From assembly GCA_963769935.1 (NCBI GenBank), contig CAVYNY010000007.1, positions 192,001 to 256,000 on the forward strand: DNA of 64,000 bases, given 5' to 3'. Shown here piece after piece: positions 47,870 through 58,187 of this stretch; the first letter of the stretch is position 1, and each line of letters begins with the position of its first letter. Source of the stretch: an uncultured delta proteobacterium (GTDB taxonomy: Bacteria; Desulfobacterota; Desulfobacteria; Desulfobacterales; JAFDCJ01). The notes below the pieces were generated by a model. It did not search any database. It saw nothing but the letters and a program-made list of their open reading frames with translations, and had not been told where the DNA came from. Made by a program: the position numbers and the translations under genes.

Positions 47870-48901
47870 ATGAAGGCCCTGGTACTGGAAGAATATAACC
47901 GGCTGACTTACAAAGAAGTGCCCGATCCGCAGGTCGGGCCGGATGATGTGCTGATCCGGGTTAAAGCCGCCGGAATTTGCGGCAGCGATGTGCACGGCAT
48001 GGACGGCAGCACCGGCCGGCGTATACCGCCGCTGATTATGGGGCACGAGGCCTCGGGGGTTATAGCGGACGCGGGTTCAAATGCCGGAAAATCCAAGCCG
48101 GGTCAGCGCGTTACGTTCGATTCCACGGTTTATTGCGGCGTATGCTTTTACTGCCGCCGGGGTGCTATCAATTTGTGCGACCAGCGCCGCGTGCTGGGTG
48201 TAGCGTGTGCTGATTACCGTCAAAACGGCACCTTTGCCGAATACGTGGCCGTGCCCCGGCATATCGTCTACCCCCTGCCTGATAAGATCACCTTCGAGCA
48301 AAGCGCCATGGTGGAGCCATGTTCCGTGGCATTCCACGCAGTGGCGATTACCCCTCTGTCCTTAAATGATACGGCGGTTGTCGTGGGCGCTGGTATCATC
48401 GGGCTGCTGGTAATTCAGACCCTGCGAACTTCCGGCTGCGGCCAAATTATCGCCGTCGATCTCGAGCCGGAAAGACTGGCGCTGGCACGGCAGCTGGGCG
48501 CAGACCGGGGCTTGAATCCTGGTGAGGAAGATGCCCTGTCCGTGATTAAAAAAATAACCGGCCAGCGGGGCGCCGACGCGGCGTTCGACGCGGTCGGGCT
48601 GAATGCTTCCTTGAAGACCGCCCTGGGAAGCCTGCGCAAAGGCGGTGCACTGACCTTAATCGGCAATTTAAAACCTCAAGTCGAACTGGCGCTTCAAACC
48701 GTGGTAACCGGAGAAATCACCCTGAGGGGTTCATGTGCGTCCCGTGGTGATTACCCGGCCTGTCTGGATATGATTGCCCGGGGTGCCATTCTGGTCGATC
48801 CGTTGATCAGCGCTACAGCCCCGCTTGCAGACGGCGCGCAGTGGTTTCGACGGTTATATGCGAAAGAGCCCGGCTTGATTAAGGTTATACTCAATCCCTG
48901 A
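47870..48901 (+). CDS. Zn-dependent polyol/sugar-acid dehydrogenase (MDR family)
   Basis: GICGSD, GHE, CxxCxxC...C and GAGIIG. Confidence 0.9.
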   Translation: MKALVLEEYNRLTYKEVPDPQVGPDDVLIRVKAAGICGSDVHGMDGSTGRRIPPLIMGHEASGVIADAGSNAGKSKPGQRVTFDSTVYCGVCFYCRRGAINLCDQRRVLGVACADYRQNGTFAEYVAVPRHIVYPLPDKITFEQSAMVEPCSVAFHAVAITPLSLNDTAVVVGAGIIGLLVIQTLRTSGCGQIIAVDLEPERLALARQLGADRGLNPGEEDALSVIKKITGQRGADAAFDAVGLNASLKTALGSLRKGGALTLIGNLKPQVELALQTVVTGEITLRGSCASRGDYPACLDMIARGAILVDPLISATAPLADGAQWFRRLYAKEPGLIKVILNP

Positions 48902-49022
48902 AAAGTAAGTAATGGTTCAGCGTTCAGGGTTCAAGGTTCAGCGTTCAGAGGTTCGAGTCTCATGTCCATAGGCGTTCAAATAAGATCAACCGGCTATTCA
49001 GAAAATGCCAGAAATATTGGAC

Positions 49023-49094
49023 GTGGGAGCGGCTTTTAGCCGCGATTTGAATCGGACTGCGCTCTTTTAATTCGCGGTTGAAAACCGCTCCCAC
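49023..49094. repeat. Inverted REP doublet (REPIN-like)
   Basis: GTGGGAGCGGCTTTTAGCCGCGA ... TCGCGGTTGAAAACCGCTCCCAC. Confidence 0.85.
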
Positions 49095-49167
49095 ACCATC
49101 TTTGATCTTTTTGAGGTTCCAATGAAATTTATCGTCCTCACCTTTTCTAAAAATGAGGAGTTTAGTA

Positions 49168-49962
49168 ATGAAAAAAGATATATTCGACCTCACCGGTAAA
49201 GTGGCCGTCGTCACCGGTGCCAGTCGGGGGCTTGGCCAGTATTTCAGCCGCGCCCTGGCCCGGGCCGGCGCCGATCTGGTAATCACCAGCCGGCAGCTGG
49301 AATACCTGGATGCCTTTAGACAGGAGATCGAATCCCTGGGGCGCCGGGCGCTGCCGCTGCCGCTTGATGTGCGGGACTATGACAGTATCCAGCAGATGGT
49401 TGAAAAGGCCGGCCGGCACTACGGCCAAATCGACATCCTGGTAAACAATGCCGGCTGCAATGTTCGCAAAGCCGGCCTTGAGGTAACCTGGGATGACTGG
49501 AATCTGGTGCTGAACACCAATTTGCGGGGCACATTTTTCGTGGCCCAGGCGGTGGCCAAAAAAATGATTCCACGTCAATACGGTCGAATCATCAATATCG
49601 GCTCCGTAACTAGTGTGTTCGGTTATGCCGGTCTGGCGCCATACTGCGCCAGCCGGGGAGGCGTCAAGCAGTTGACCATGTCGCTGGCCGATGATTGGGG
49701 TAAATTCGGGATTACCGTTAATTGCCTGGCGCCGGGTTGGTTCAAGACCGAGCAGACCAGGGCGATGTATGAGAATAAAGACTGGGTCGATTATCTGACC
49801 GATCGCATACCCTTGAAAAGGCCCGGCACCCCCCATGATCTTGATGGAGCGGTGGTCTTTCTGGCCTCCGATGCGGCCGAGTATCTAACCGGACAGACCA
49901 TCCTGATAGACGGCGGTATAACGACCGGTTCCACCCGGGCAATGCCGGCAGTAAAAGCCTGA
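49168..49962 (+). CDS. SDR oxidoreductase, gluconate 5-dehydrogenase/KduD-like
   Basis: TGASRGLG, NNAG and YCASR (Arg in place of the usual YxxxK Lys). Confidence 0.85.
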   Translation: MKKDIFDLTGKVAVVTGASRGLGQYFSRALARAGADLVITSRQLEYLDAFRQEIESLGRRALPLPLDVRDYDSIQQMVEKAGRHYGQIDILVNNAGCNVRKAGLEVTWDDWNLVLNTNLRGTFFVAQAVAKKMIPRQYGRIINIGSVTSVFGYAGLAPYCASRGGVKQLTMSLADDWGKFGITVNCLAPGWFKTEQTRAMYENKDWVDYLTDRIPLKRPGTPHDLDGAVVFLASDAAEYLTGQTILIDGGITTGSTRAMPAVKA

Positions 49963-50352
49963 CCGAATCCAGGAAAATCCAGCTTTAAACCGGAGCCAGG
50001 CACCAAAAACGTTTCGTATTCGATCAAGCCGGCAGTCTCCTTCGGCCGGCGGCGGTGCCGACACCTGCAATCATTTGACACTCTCCGCACTCGGCAACAT
50101 CGACCGCAAGTTGTCGATACGGCGCCGCTAAACGCTTAAAGGATTTCACTTGACAACAAGAGTTGGTTGCTAATATCTAAGTCTTCATATTTGATTATCT
50201 TTTTCGCCGATAGATGCACCTGCAGACATATTGGAGGGAATTTTTTTCAAAACGTTATCGATCGGAGGTTTTGCACCACCTTAAAGATTCTTAACCGGTC
50301 CGTGATCGATGTCAACCAGCAACTAAAACAACAAATTAAAAAGGAGGAAGTT

Positions 50353-51327
50353 ATGAAATCTAAGAATTTGGCTTTTGCGGCGGTAATCTTTGCATTCATA
50401 TTTGCCCTTGGCTTGACCGCCGCTTCGGCTGCGGATTACCCCAGCCGGCCGATCACATTGATCTGTCCCTGGGGTGCCGGCGGTGGCACGGATGCGGTAT
50501 CGCGAATCATTGCCACCCTGCTCAAAAAAAACCTGGGTGTGCCGGTCAACGTCGTCAACCGCACCGGCGGCAGCGGGGCTGTGGGGCATACGGCCATGGC
50601 GACGGCTAAACCCGACGGCTATACCATCGGTATGCCGACAGTTGAAATCACCATGATGCACTGGATGGGGCTGACCCAGGTGACATACAAAGACCTGACT
50701 CCCGTGGCCATGGTGAACTTTGATCCGGCCGGCATCAACGTGCTTGCGGATTCGGACTGGAAAACCTACAAAGAACTTGAGGACTACGTGCGCAACAACC
50801 CCGGCAAACTGAAGGACTCCGGCACCGGCCAGGGCGGAATCTGGCATCTGGCCATGGCCGGCTGGATGAATGCCATCGGGCTGTCCCCGGAAGCGATCAA
50901 ATGGATTCCCAGCAAAGGCGCCGCCCCGGCCCTGCAGGATCTCATGGCCCACGGCATCGATATGAGCACCTGCTCGCTGCCCGAGGCTGCGACCTTGATT
51001 GACGCCGGAAAAGTCAGACCCCTGGCGATCATGGCTGATGAAAAGGATCCGAAGTTTCCGGAAGTCCCGACCCTCAAAGAACTTGGGATCGATTGGACCT
51101 GTGGTGCCTGGCGCGGGATTGCCGCTCCCAAGGGAACGCCCCCGGAAATAGTGGCCGTGCTTGAAAAGGCCGTTGAAAAAGTCGTTAAAAGCGATGATTT
51201 TATTAAATTTATGAAAAACCGCGGCTTTGGCATTTACTGGCTGAATTCGGCTGACTTTGCCAAGGCGATCGCTAAGGCCGACGAGGACAACGGCAAAATC
51301 ATGAAGGCGGCCGGCATCGTCAAATAA
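50353..51327 (+). CDS. tctC: Tripartite tricarboxylate transporter substrate-binding protein
   Basis: YPSRPITLICPWGAGGGTD, PDGYT and PEVPTLKELG; AGGAGG RBS before ATG 50353. Confidence 0.92.
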   Translation: MKSKNLAFAAVIFAFIFALGLTAASAADYPSRPITLICPWGAGGGTDAVSRIIATLLKKNLGVPVNVVNRTGGSGAVGHTAMATAKPDGYTIGMPTVEITMMHWMGLTQVTYKDLTPVAMVNFDPAGINVLADSDWKTYKELEDYVRNNPGKLKDSGTGQGGIWHLAMAGWMNAIGLSPEAIKWIPSKGAAPALQDLMAHGIDMSTCSLPEAATLIDAGKVRPLAIMADEKDPKFPEVPTLKELGIDWTCGAWRGIAAPKGTPPEIVAVLEKAVEKVVKSDDFIKFMKNRGFGIYWLNSADFAKAIAKADEDNGKIMKAAGIVK

Positions 51328-51351
51328 GAAAAAAAGCACGAGGAATCAACC

Positions 51352-51810
51352 ATGCGAACGAGTAACACGGCCATCGGCCTGGTCTTAATTGTTTTTGCCT
51401 CTGCCGTACTGATCCACGTCCAGGGATTTCCGACTCTGGAAAACGGCTACCCGGGTCCGTCGCTGTTTCCGGAGGTCCTGGCCGTGTTATTCATTTTTTG
51501 TGGAATCGGGTTAATCATCCAGGGAGTCCGCCAACGAGAAAAAATCCTGAAATTCGACCTGGGAAACATTACCCTATCGGGGTGGCTGAACATTGTTTTT
51601 GTGCTGGGTACGATATTCTGCTACATATTTTTCGCCGAATATATAGGGTTTCTAATCTTCTCCTTTGTGATTCTTATGATTCTGATGAAATGGTTGAAAG
51701 TGAAAATACTGCCGAGTTTGGCCATGTCGATCATTGTGACCCTGTCCATTTATATCTTATTTGCAAAAGTTCTGCTTGTACCCCTGCCGTGGGGCCTCTG
51801 GGGCTGGTAA
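51352..51810 (+). CDS. tctB: Tripartite tricarboxylate transporter small membrane subunit
   Basis: GP..FP, ~4 TM and F..VL.VPLP.G. Confidence 0.85.
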   Translation: MRTSNTAIGLVLIVFASAVLIHVQGFPTLENGYPGPSLFPEVLAVLFIFCGIGLIIQGVRQREKILKFDLGNITLSGWLNIVFVLGTIFCYIFFAEYIGFLIFSFVILMILMKWLKVKILPSLAMSIIVTLSIYILFAKVLLVPLPWGLWGW

Positions 51811-51814
51811 AAAA

Positions 51815-53356
51815 ATGGAACATATCCTGACCGCAATTTCTCTCATCGTACAGCCATATGTGCTGATGATAATTGGTATTTCCGCAATCTATGGGCTGTT
51901 TGTCGGCGCTATTCCCGGCCTTACGGCGACCATGGCAACTGCGCTGCTGGTGCCGGTTACTTTTTTTATGGACCCGGTTCCGGCGCTGGCGGCTATTGTT
52001 ACCATGGAAGCCATGGCCATTTTTGCCGGTGATATTCCGGGCGCATTGGTGCGAATTCCCGGCACCCCCTCCTCGGCGGCCTATGTCGATGAATCCTACG
52101 CCTTCACTCAGAAGGGTCAGGCCGGCTACGTGCTGGGGGTGGATGTCACGGTGGCGGCCATTGGCGGCATGATTGGTTCGATTATCCTGATTTTGCTGGC
52201 CCCGAGGCTGGCCGAAGTGGCGATGCAGTTCACGTCGTTTGAATATTTCTGGCTGGCCTGCATCGGTTTGAGCTGTTCCGTTCTGGTGACCAAAGGCTCC
52301 CTGCTGAAGGGCCTGGTTTCCTTGCTGATCGGGCTGATGATGACCACGGTCGGGGTGGACATTACGCTGGGATATCCGCGGTTTACGTTTGGAATTACGG
52401 ATTTTTTAAACGGTTTTACATTTATCCCGGCGATGATCGGCATGTTCGGCATTTCCGAGGTTATGCGCAATGTCTCCTCGGAGGACTGTAATTATACGGC
52501 CACCGGGGTTCAAACGAAAAAGATGTTTACGGGTGTTTTTAAAACGATTCGAAAGTACAAGTTCAACGTGGTCCGCTCCGGACTGATCGGCACCTTTGTA
52601 GGTATTTTACCCGGTGCCGGTGCGGACATCGCGGCCTGGATCGCCTATGCGGTCAGCAAAAAATTTTCCAAAGAACCGGAAAAATACGGTACCGGGCACA
52701 TCGAGGGTATCGTTGACGCCGGTACGGCCAACAATGCCGGCTTGGGCGGTGCCTGGGTGCCGGCCCTGGTCTTCGGCATCCCGGGTGACTCCATTACCGC
52801 CATCGTGATTGGGGTCCTGTTCATGAAGGGGCTGCGGCCGGGCCCGATGATCTTTCAGCGGACTCCCGAGATTCTGTATGCCGTGTATATCACCTTTATC
52901 CTGGCCAACCTCATTTTAATTCCATTTGGCGTCATGGCCATCAAGACCGGCAGCCAGATGCTGCGAGTACCTCGCAATATGTTGATGCCGGCGATCCTGA
53001 TGTTTTGTATCGTCGGGTCCTTTGCCATCAACAATACCACTTTTGACGTCGGCGTCATGCTGGCCTGCGGGATATTGGCCTACTTTATGGAGGCCAATGA
53101 TATACCGGTTGCACCGGCGATTCTGGGGATCGTGCTGGGCAACCTCCTGGAAGACAGCTTTATGGTTTCCATGATAAAAAGCGACTGGGACCTAACTGTG
53201 TTCTTCCATCGCCCTGTGAGCGCCGTGCTCGGCATCATAACCGTGATTTTGTGGAGCGGTCCTTTCATCGCTGTGTTTCGCAAGTGGCGGTTGGATACCA
53301 AAAACAACCCAGCGAAAAATGAGGAATGCCGACCCGGTTTTAAAGATGTTGTTTAG
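51815..53356 (+). CDS. tctA: Tripartite tricarboxylate transporter permease
   Basis: GAIPGLTATMA, IPGTPSS, TANNA, GIPGD and G..PGP. Confidence 0.92.
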   Translation: MEHILTAISLIVQPYVLMIIGISAIYGLFVGAIPGLTATMATALLVPVTFFMDPVPALAAIVTMEAMAIFAGDIPGALVRIPGTPSSAAYVDESYAFTQKGQAGYVLGVDVTVAAIGGMIGSIILILLAPRLAEVAMQFTSFEYFWLACIGLSCSVLVTKGSLLKGLVSLLIGLMMTTVGVDITLGYPRFTFGITDFLNGFTFIPAMIGMFGISEVMRNVSSEDCNYTATGVQTKKMFTGVFKTIRKYKFNVVRSGLIGTFVGILPGAGADIAAWIAYAVSKKFSKEPEKYGTGHIEGIVDAGTANNAGLGGAWVPALVFGIPGDSITAIVIGVLFMKGLRPGPMIFQRTPEILYAVYITFILANLILIPFGVMAIKTGSQMLRVPRNMLMPAILMFCIVGSFAINNTTFDVGVMLACGILAYFMEANDIPVAPAILGIVLGNLLEDSFMVSMIKSDWDLTVFFHRPVSAVLGIITVILWSGPFIAVFRKWRLDTKNNPAKNEECRPGFKDVV

Positions 53357-53479
53357 AGCCGGATACCCCGCCAGAGCATATTCCCCCCGATGGAGTTGAA
53401 AAGCCAATTTTAAGCTATTGGCTGCTATATATTTTGTGGGACCTAATTCGGACGAGTTGTATCCAAAAAAGAGACTAAT

Positions 53480-53557
53480 CACGAAAACACGAAAGGACGA
53501 AAACACGGAAAAGAGACGAGATAAATTTCGTGTTTTTCTAGATTTCGTGTTTTCGTG
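53480..53557. repeat. Inverted pair of ACGAAA(A)C low-complexity repeats
   Basis: CACGAAAACACGAAA ... TTTCGTGTTTTCGTG. Confidence 0.75.
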
Positions 53558-53630
53558 TTAAAAAAAATATAAAACGAAAACAAATTACAAATAAGACTAT
53601 ACTAAGCGTCTAAAGAGAGGATCACCAAAA

Positions 53631-55162
53631 ATGACCGCACCCCGCCCACTCACGATACGTCTTCACAATTCCGACAACGTAGTTGTCGCCCGCGTTGATA
53701 TTCCGGCCGGAACCAAAGTCCCGGAGGAGCAGATCGTCAGCCGTGAGCCGATTTCCTTCGGCCACAAAGTTGCCGCGTCCCCCATAAAATCAGGCGAGGC
53801 CGTAAAAAAATACGGTCAGATTATCGGGTTTGCCTCAAAGGATATCCAACCCGGAGCGCACGTTCACACCCACAACGTCGGGATGAAAGCCTTCGACCGT
53901 GATTACGCCATCGGTGCCGATGCTGATTTATCGCCCGAATATGAGGCGATGCCGGCGACATTCTGAGGGAATTGTCAGAGCGGACGGCCGGGTTGCCACC
54001 CGCAATTACATCGGTATTATCAGCACAGTGAATTGCTCGGCCTCGGTGAGCCGGTTTATCGCCGATGCCTTCAAGGGGGATGCACTGGCTGAATTTCCCA
54101 ATGTGGACGGAGTTGTCTCCCATCTGCCATGGCATGGGCTGCGCCTGTTCCAACGACCAGGAAGGATTCGAAATGCTGCTGAACGTTTTAGCCGGCTATA
54201 TCCGCAATCCCAATTACGGTGCCATCCTGGTCGTCGGCCTGGGATGCGAAGTCATGCAGATCGATACTTTGTTTCAGCGCAGGGACCTGCAGCAGAACGC
54301 GCTGCTGCAGACCATGACCATCCAGGGAACCGGCGGTACCCGAAAAACCGTGCAGCAAGGTATCGAGCGGGTGCGCGCCATGCTGCCCGTTGTCGATCAG
54401 GATCGAGCGCACACCGGTCTCAGCCGGCCAGCTCATCCTGGGCCTCCAATGCGGCGGTTCCGACGGTTACTCCGGACATTACCGCCAACCCGTCGCTGGG
54501 CGCGGCGGTTGATCTGCTCGTGCGGCATGGGGGGGCCGCCGTTCTGGGTGAAACCCCGGAGATTTACGGCGCAGAACATCTTCTCACCCGCCGCGCCGTC
54601 TCCCGCGAAGTTGGCGAAAAGCTGATCGACCGCATTCACTGGTGGGAGAATTACACTGCCGAAAAATAATGCCGAAATGGACAACAATCCTTCACCCGGC
54701 AACAAAGCCGGCGGCCTGACCACCATTCTGGAAAAATCCCTCGGCGCGGTGGCCAAAGGCGGAACCGGCAACCTGGTGGATGTGCTGCAATACGGCCAGC
54801 CCATAACCGGCAAGGGACTGATGTTTATGGATACGCCCGGCTACGACCCGGTCTCGTTGACCGGAATGGTTGCCGGGGGCGCCAATATCATCTGCTTTAC
54901 GACCGGCCGCGGTTCGGTTTACGGCTGCAAGCCGATCCCGAGCATCAAACTGGCAACCAACACTGCAATGTTTCGCCGCATGGATGATGACATGGACATC
55001 AATTGCGGGGAAACCATGGACGGCTTGACAACCGTGGAAGAGATGGGCCGGCGTATTTTCGAATTCATTCTGGATGTTGCCTCGGGACGCAAGACCAAAA
55101 GCGAATTGAACGGTATCGGCGAAGACGAATTTGTACCCTGGAACATCGGCGCCGTGATGTAG
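53631..55162 (+). pseudogene. uxaA: Altronate/galactarate dehydratase (UxaA/GarD family) with about five frameshifts
   Basis: SAF domain (DNVVVA, GHKVA, KYG, HVHTHN), then TRNY, H..GC, GLGCE, GLQCGGSDG, ETPE, NPSPGNKAGGL and DTPG.D, spread over successive +1 frames. Confidence 0.85.
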
Positions 55163-55298
55163 TATTTCCCCCTATGAATTGGCCTGAAAAAGGATTGGCC
55201 TGGGGGGAAGGCGTGTCCCTTTCAATCAGATGTAATTCGCACGAATCAGGCGTCATTATTGATTAGATGAAAAACGTGCAATCCAGGAGAAAGCTTCC

Positions 55299-56643
55299 AT
55301 GAAAATACTCAGTGTTGATGTCGGTACTACCGCTATGAAAATGGGGGTGTTTGAGGATATCAACGGCGGTCTTGACCTGCTCAGGCAATTCTACCAGGAG
55401 TATTCGATCAATACTTACAATGACGGGCTGTTCAGTGATATCGAGCAGGAAAAATGGCAGCAGGCGTTTGCGGCGGGGTGCAGGGAAATGTCAGATTTTA
55501 TGCCCCAAATCGATGTCATTGCCCTTTCCGGCACGACACCGGGACTGACGGCCATGGATCAGGAGGGCAATGCGCTTTATCCGGCCATTCTCATGCTGGA
55601 CCAGCGTTCCCGGACCCAGGCCCAGCAGATCATCGACCGGATCGGTCTGGAAACACTGCTCAAGTGCAACCGCCAACATGCCGGTGGCCGGCGGCTGTTC
55701 GCTGGCCAGCATTCTCTGGCTCAAAGACAATCTGCCCGGGGTGTTTAAAAAGACGCACGTTTTCGGCCATTCCAACACCTTCATGGCCCGCTGGCTGTCC
55801 GACAAATTTGCCATGGACCCCTCATCGGCCTCGCTGACGGCGATGTACCGTACCGCCGAGAATGATATGACCTGGGATAATGAAATCCTGGATGCGTTTG
55901 ATCTGTCGGCCGCCTGTTTGCCGGAGTTGATGCCGGCCTACCACAGCACGGGCAAGCTGCGCACGAGTCTTGCCGCAGAGTTTGGCTTCAAGAAGGAGCC
56001 GCCGGTATTGATCGGCGGCAATGACGCCGTGCTGGCAGCATATTCGGTGGGCATCCGGCAGCCGGGCGAAATCTTCAACATCAACGGCACCTGCGAAATT
56101 TCCATGGTCTGTCTTTCCAAATGTTTTGCCTCCCGCAATTATAACATCCGCACCCACGTCCTGCCGGAGCGGTGGTTTTCCTTTTATGTGATGAATGCAG
56201 GCGGCAAGGCCTTCGAGTGGTTTAAAAATCTTTTCTGCAGCGAGATGAGCGAAGAAAAATTCTTCAGCGATTTTATCCCGCATACTATTGAGAAGTGGTT
56301 GAACCGGGAAAGCGGTGTGGCTTATATGCCATATCTGATGGGTTCCAGGTATTCTCTGGCACCGCTGAAAGCCGAATTTCGCGGGCTGACCCAGGAGACT
56401 TCCCGCGAAGAACTGCTGGCCGCGCTGGTTCGGGGCCTTTGTGAGTATCAACGGGAGAATCTGAAGGAAGTTTCCCTTGAAATGCCCCTGGCCGATGAGA
56501 TCATAGTCTCCGGCGGGGCGGTCAATGAGGCGCTGATCCGTGCTAAAACCAAATGGATGCGCAACTGCAGCTACCGATTTGAGACCGAATCCTCGTTGAA
56601 GGGAGCAGCCATGTTGGGGCGGAAGTATTTAGTGGGTGGTTGA
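55299..56643 (+). pseudogene. FGGY-family carbohydrate kinase with one frameshift (~55665)
   Basis: DVGTTAMK and DQRS in the first ORF; GGND, NGT, PYLMG.R and SGG in the second. Confidence 0.85.
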
Positions 56644-56684
56644 CTTTGATTTCACCCGGAATAATGGAATAGTGGAATTGTTAT

Positions 56685-56939
56685 TTGGACCGCGGACCCA
56701 TTGCCCTGGTGGAAGACGGCGATATCATATCCATCGATATTCCCGCCCGCACCCTGAATATCGTCGGACCTAAAGACGGCCGCCTTAATTCAAATGAGGT
56801 CCAAGCCCTGCTGGCCGAGCGCAAAAAGAGTTGGACCCCTGTCGTCCGGCAGCATCCCCCCGGGATCCTTAAACGATATACCTCCCAGGCGGCATCGGCC
56901 ATTAAAGGGGCGTATCTGGAAACTCAACGAACTCAATAA
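56685..56939 (+). pseudogene. ilvD: Dihydroxy-acid dehydratase family C-terminal fragment
   Basis: GPIALVEDGDIISIDIP.RTL...G.L.RY.....SA..GA; only ~80 aa. Confidence 0.8.
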
Positions 56940-56957
56940 ACGCTGTAAACTCGCCCG

Positions 56958-58187
56958 ATGTTTCCAAGCTCACCATATCGACTTACGCTGCTGGTCTGCC
57001 TGGCGGAAATATTCGGCCTGGCTTCCATTGCCGTCTTTCCGGCGCTGCTGCCGACGTTCAAGGCGGAATGGCAGTTGAGCAACACGGCCGCCGGCTGGAT
57101 CAGCGCGGCCTATTATGCGGGCTACATGATTCTGGTGCCGGTGCTGACCAGCATCACCGACCGGATTGATGCCCGCCGGATTATGGGATTGGGAGCATTA
57201 TTCGCTGCCATGTCGGCCGCTGGCTATGCTTATCTGGCCCAGGGATTTTGGTCGGCCCTTGTACTGCGGCTTCTCTCCGGGGTAAGCTTGGCCGGAATTT
57301 ACATGCCCGGGCTCAAGGTGGTCGGCGATCACACCGAAGGGGAGGGGACGCTGCAGTCCCGGTTTGTTTCTTTTTACACCGCAAGCTTCAGCATCGGCGC
57401 CAGCCTTTCGTATCTGCTGGCCGGTGAAATCAATGTGCGGGCCGGGTGGCGCTGGGCTTTTATGGCATCTGCCATAAGTGCCGTCGGCGCACTGGTAATT
57501 GTCATTTTGTATGTGCCCCCGGCGCGGGTGCGCAGTGCTGAAAAGAACGGCGCCCTGCTCGCGGATTTCAAAATTGTTTTGCGATCCAAGGCGGCCATGG
57601 CTTATGTTCTGGCATACGCCGCCCACATGTGGGAACTTTTTGCGCTGCGAACCTGGATTGTGGCTTTCCTGGCCTTCAGCATTCAGCTGCAGCCGGCCGG
57701 CGCCTTTACCTGGCGTCCGACCCAGATCGCCTTTATTGTCAGTCTGATCGGGCTTCCGGCCAGCATCGGCGGCAATGAGTTGTCCCGTATCTTCGGCCGC
57801 AGAAAAGTTATAACGGTCGTGATGATCGTATCCGCGGCATTGGGAACGATCCTTGGTTTCAGCGCAGCCTTGCCGTACTTACTGGTGGCCTTCATGGCGA
57901 TCTTGTACGGCATCACCATTATTGGTGATTCAGCGTCGCTGACTGCCGGAGTTGTCGCCGTCGCCCCTGCGGGCTATCGGGGCACGACCCTGGCCGTTCA
58001 CTCCACCTTCGGATTTTGTTCAGCCTTTCTCAGCCCTCTGGCTGTCGGCGTCGTGCTCGACTTTTTCGGCGGCAACCGCCTGGCCTGGGGTATGGGCTTT
58101 GTCTGTATGGCCGCCGGCAGTTTGCTGGGGCCGGTGTTTTTAGCGCGGCTTAAGTCCGATACGAATGGGAAGAAAGATATAATTTAG
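56958..58187 (+). CDS. MFS transporter
   Basis: ~12 TM; TDRIDARR, LAGIYMPG and HMWELFA. Confidence 0.9.
   Translation: MFPSSPYRLTLLVCLAEIFGLASIAVFPALLPTFKAEWQLSNTAAGWISAAYYAGYMILVPVLTSITDRIDARRIMGLGALFAAMSAAGYAYLAQGFWSALVLRLLSGVSLAGIYMPGLKVVGDHTEGEGTLQSRFVSFYTASFSIGASLSYLLAGEINVRAGWRWAFMASAISAVGALVIVILYVPPARVRSAEKNGALLADFKIVLRSKAAMAYVLAYAAHMWELFALRTWIVAFLAFSIQLQPAGAFTWRPTQIAFIVSLIGLPASIGGNELSRIFGRRKVITVVMIVSAALGTILGFSAALPYLLVAFMAILYGITIIGDSASLTAGVVAVAPAGYRGTTLAVHSTFGFCSAFLSPLAVGVVLDFFGGNRLAWGMGFVCMAAGSLLGPVFLARLKSDTNGKKDII

Noticed and set aside
50323..51339. 338-aa antisense ORF, and similar long shadow ORFs at 33253, 23324, 16113, 46810 and 49162
   Set aside because: They lie opposite well-supported genes and lack motifs; expected from GC-rich codon bias.
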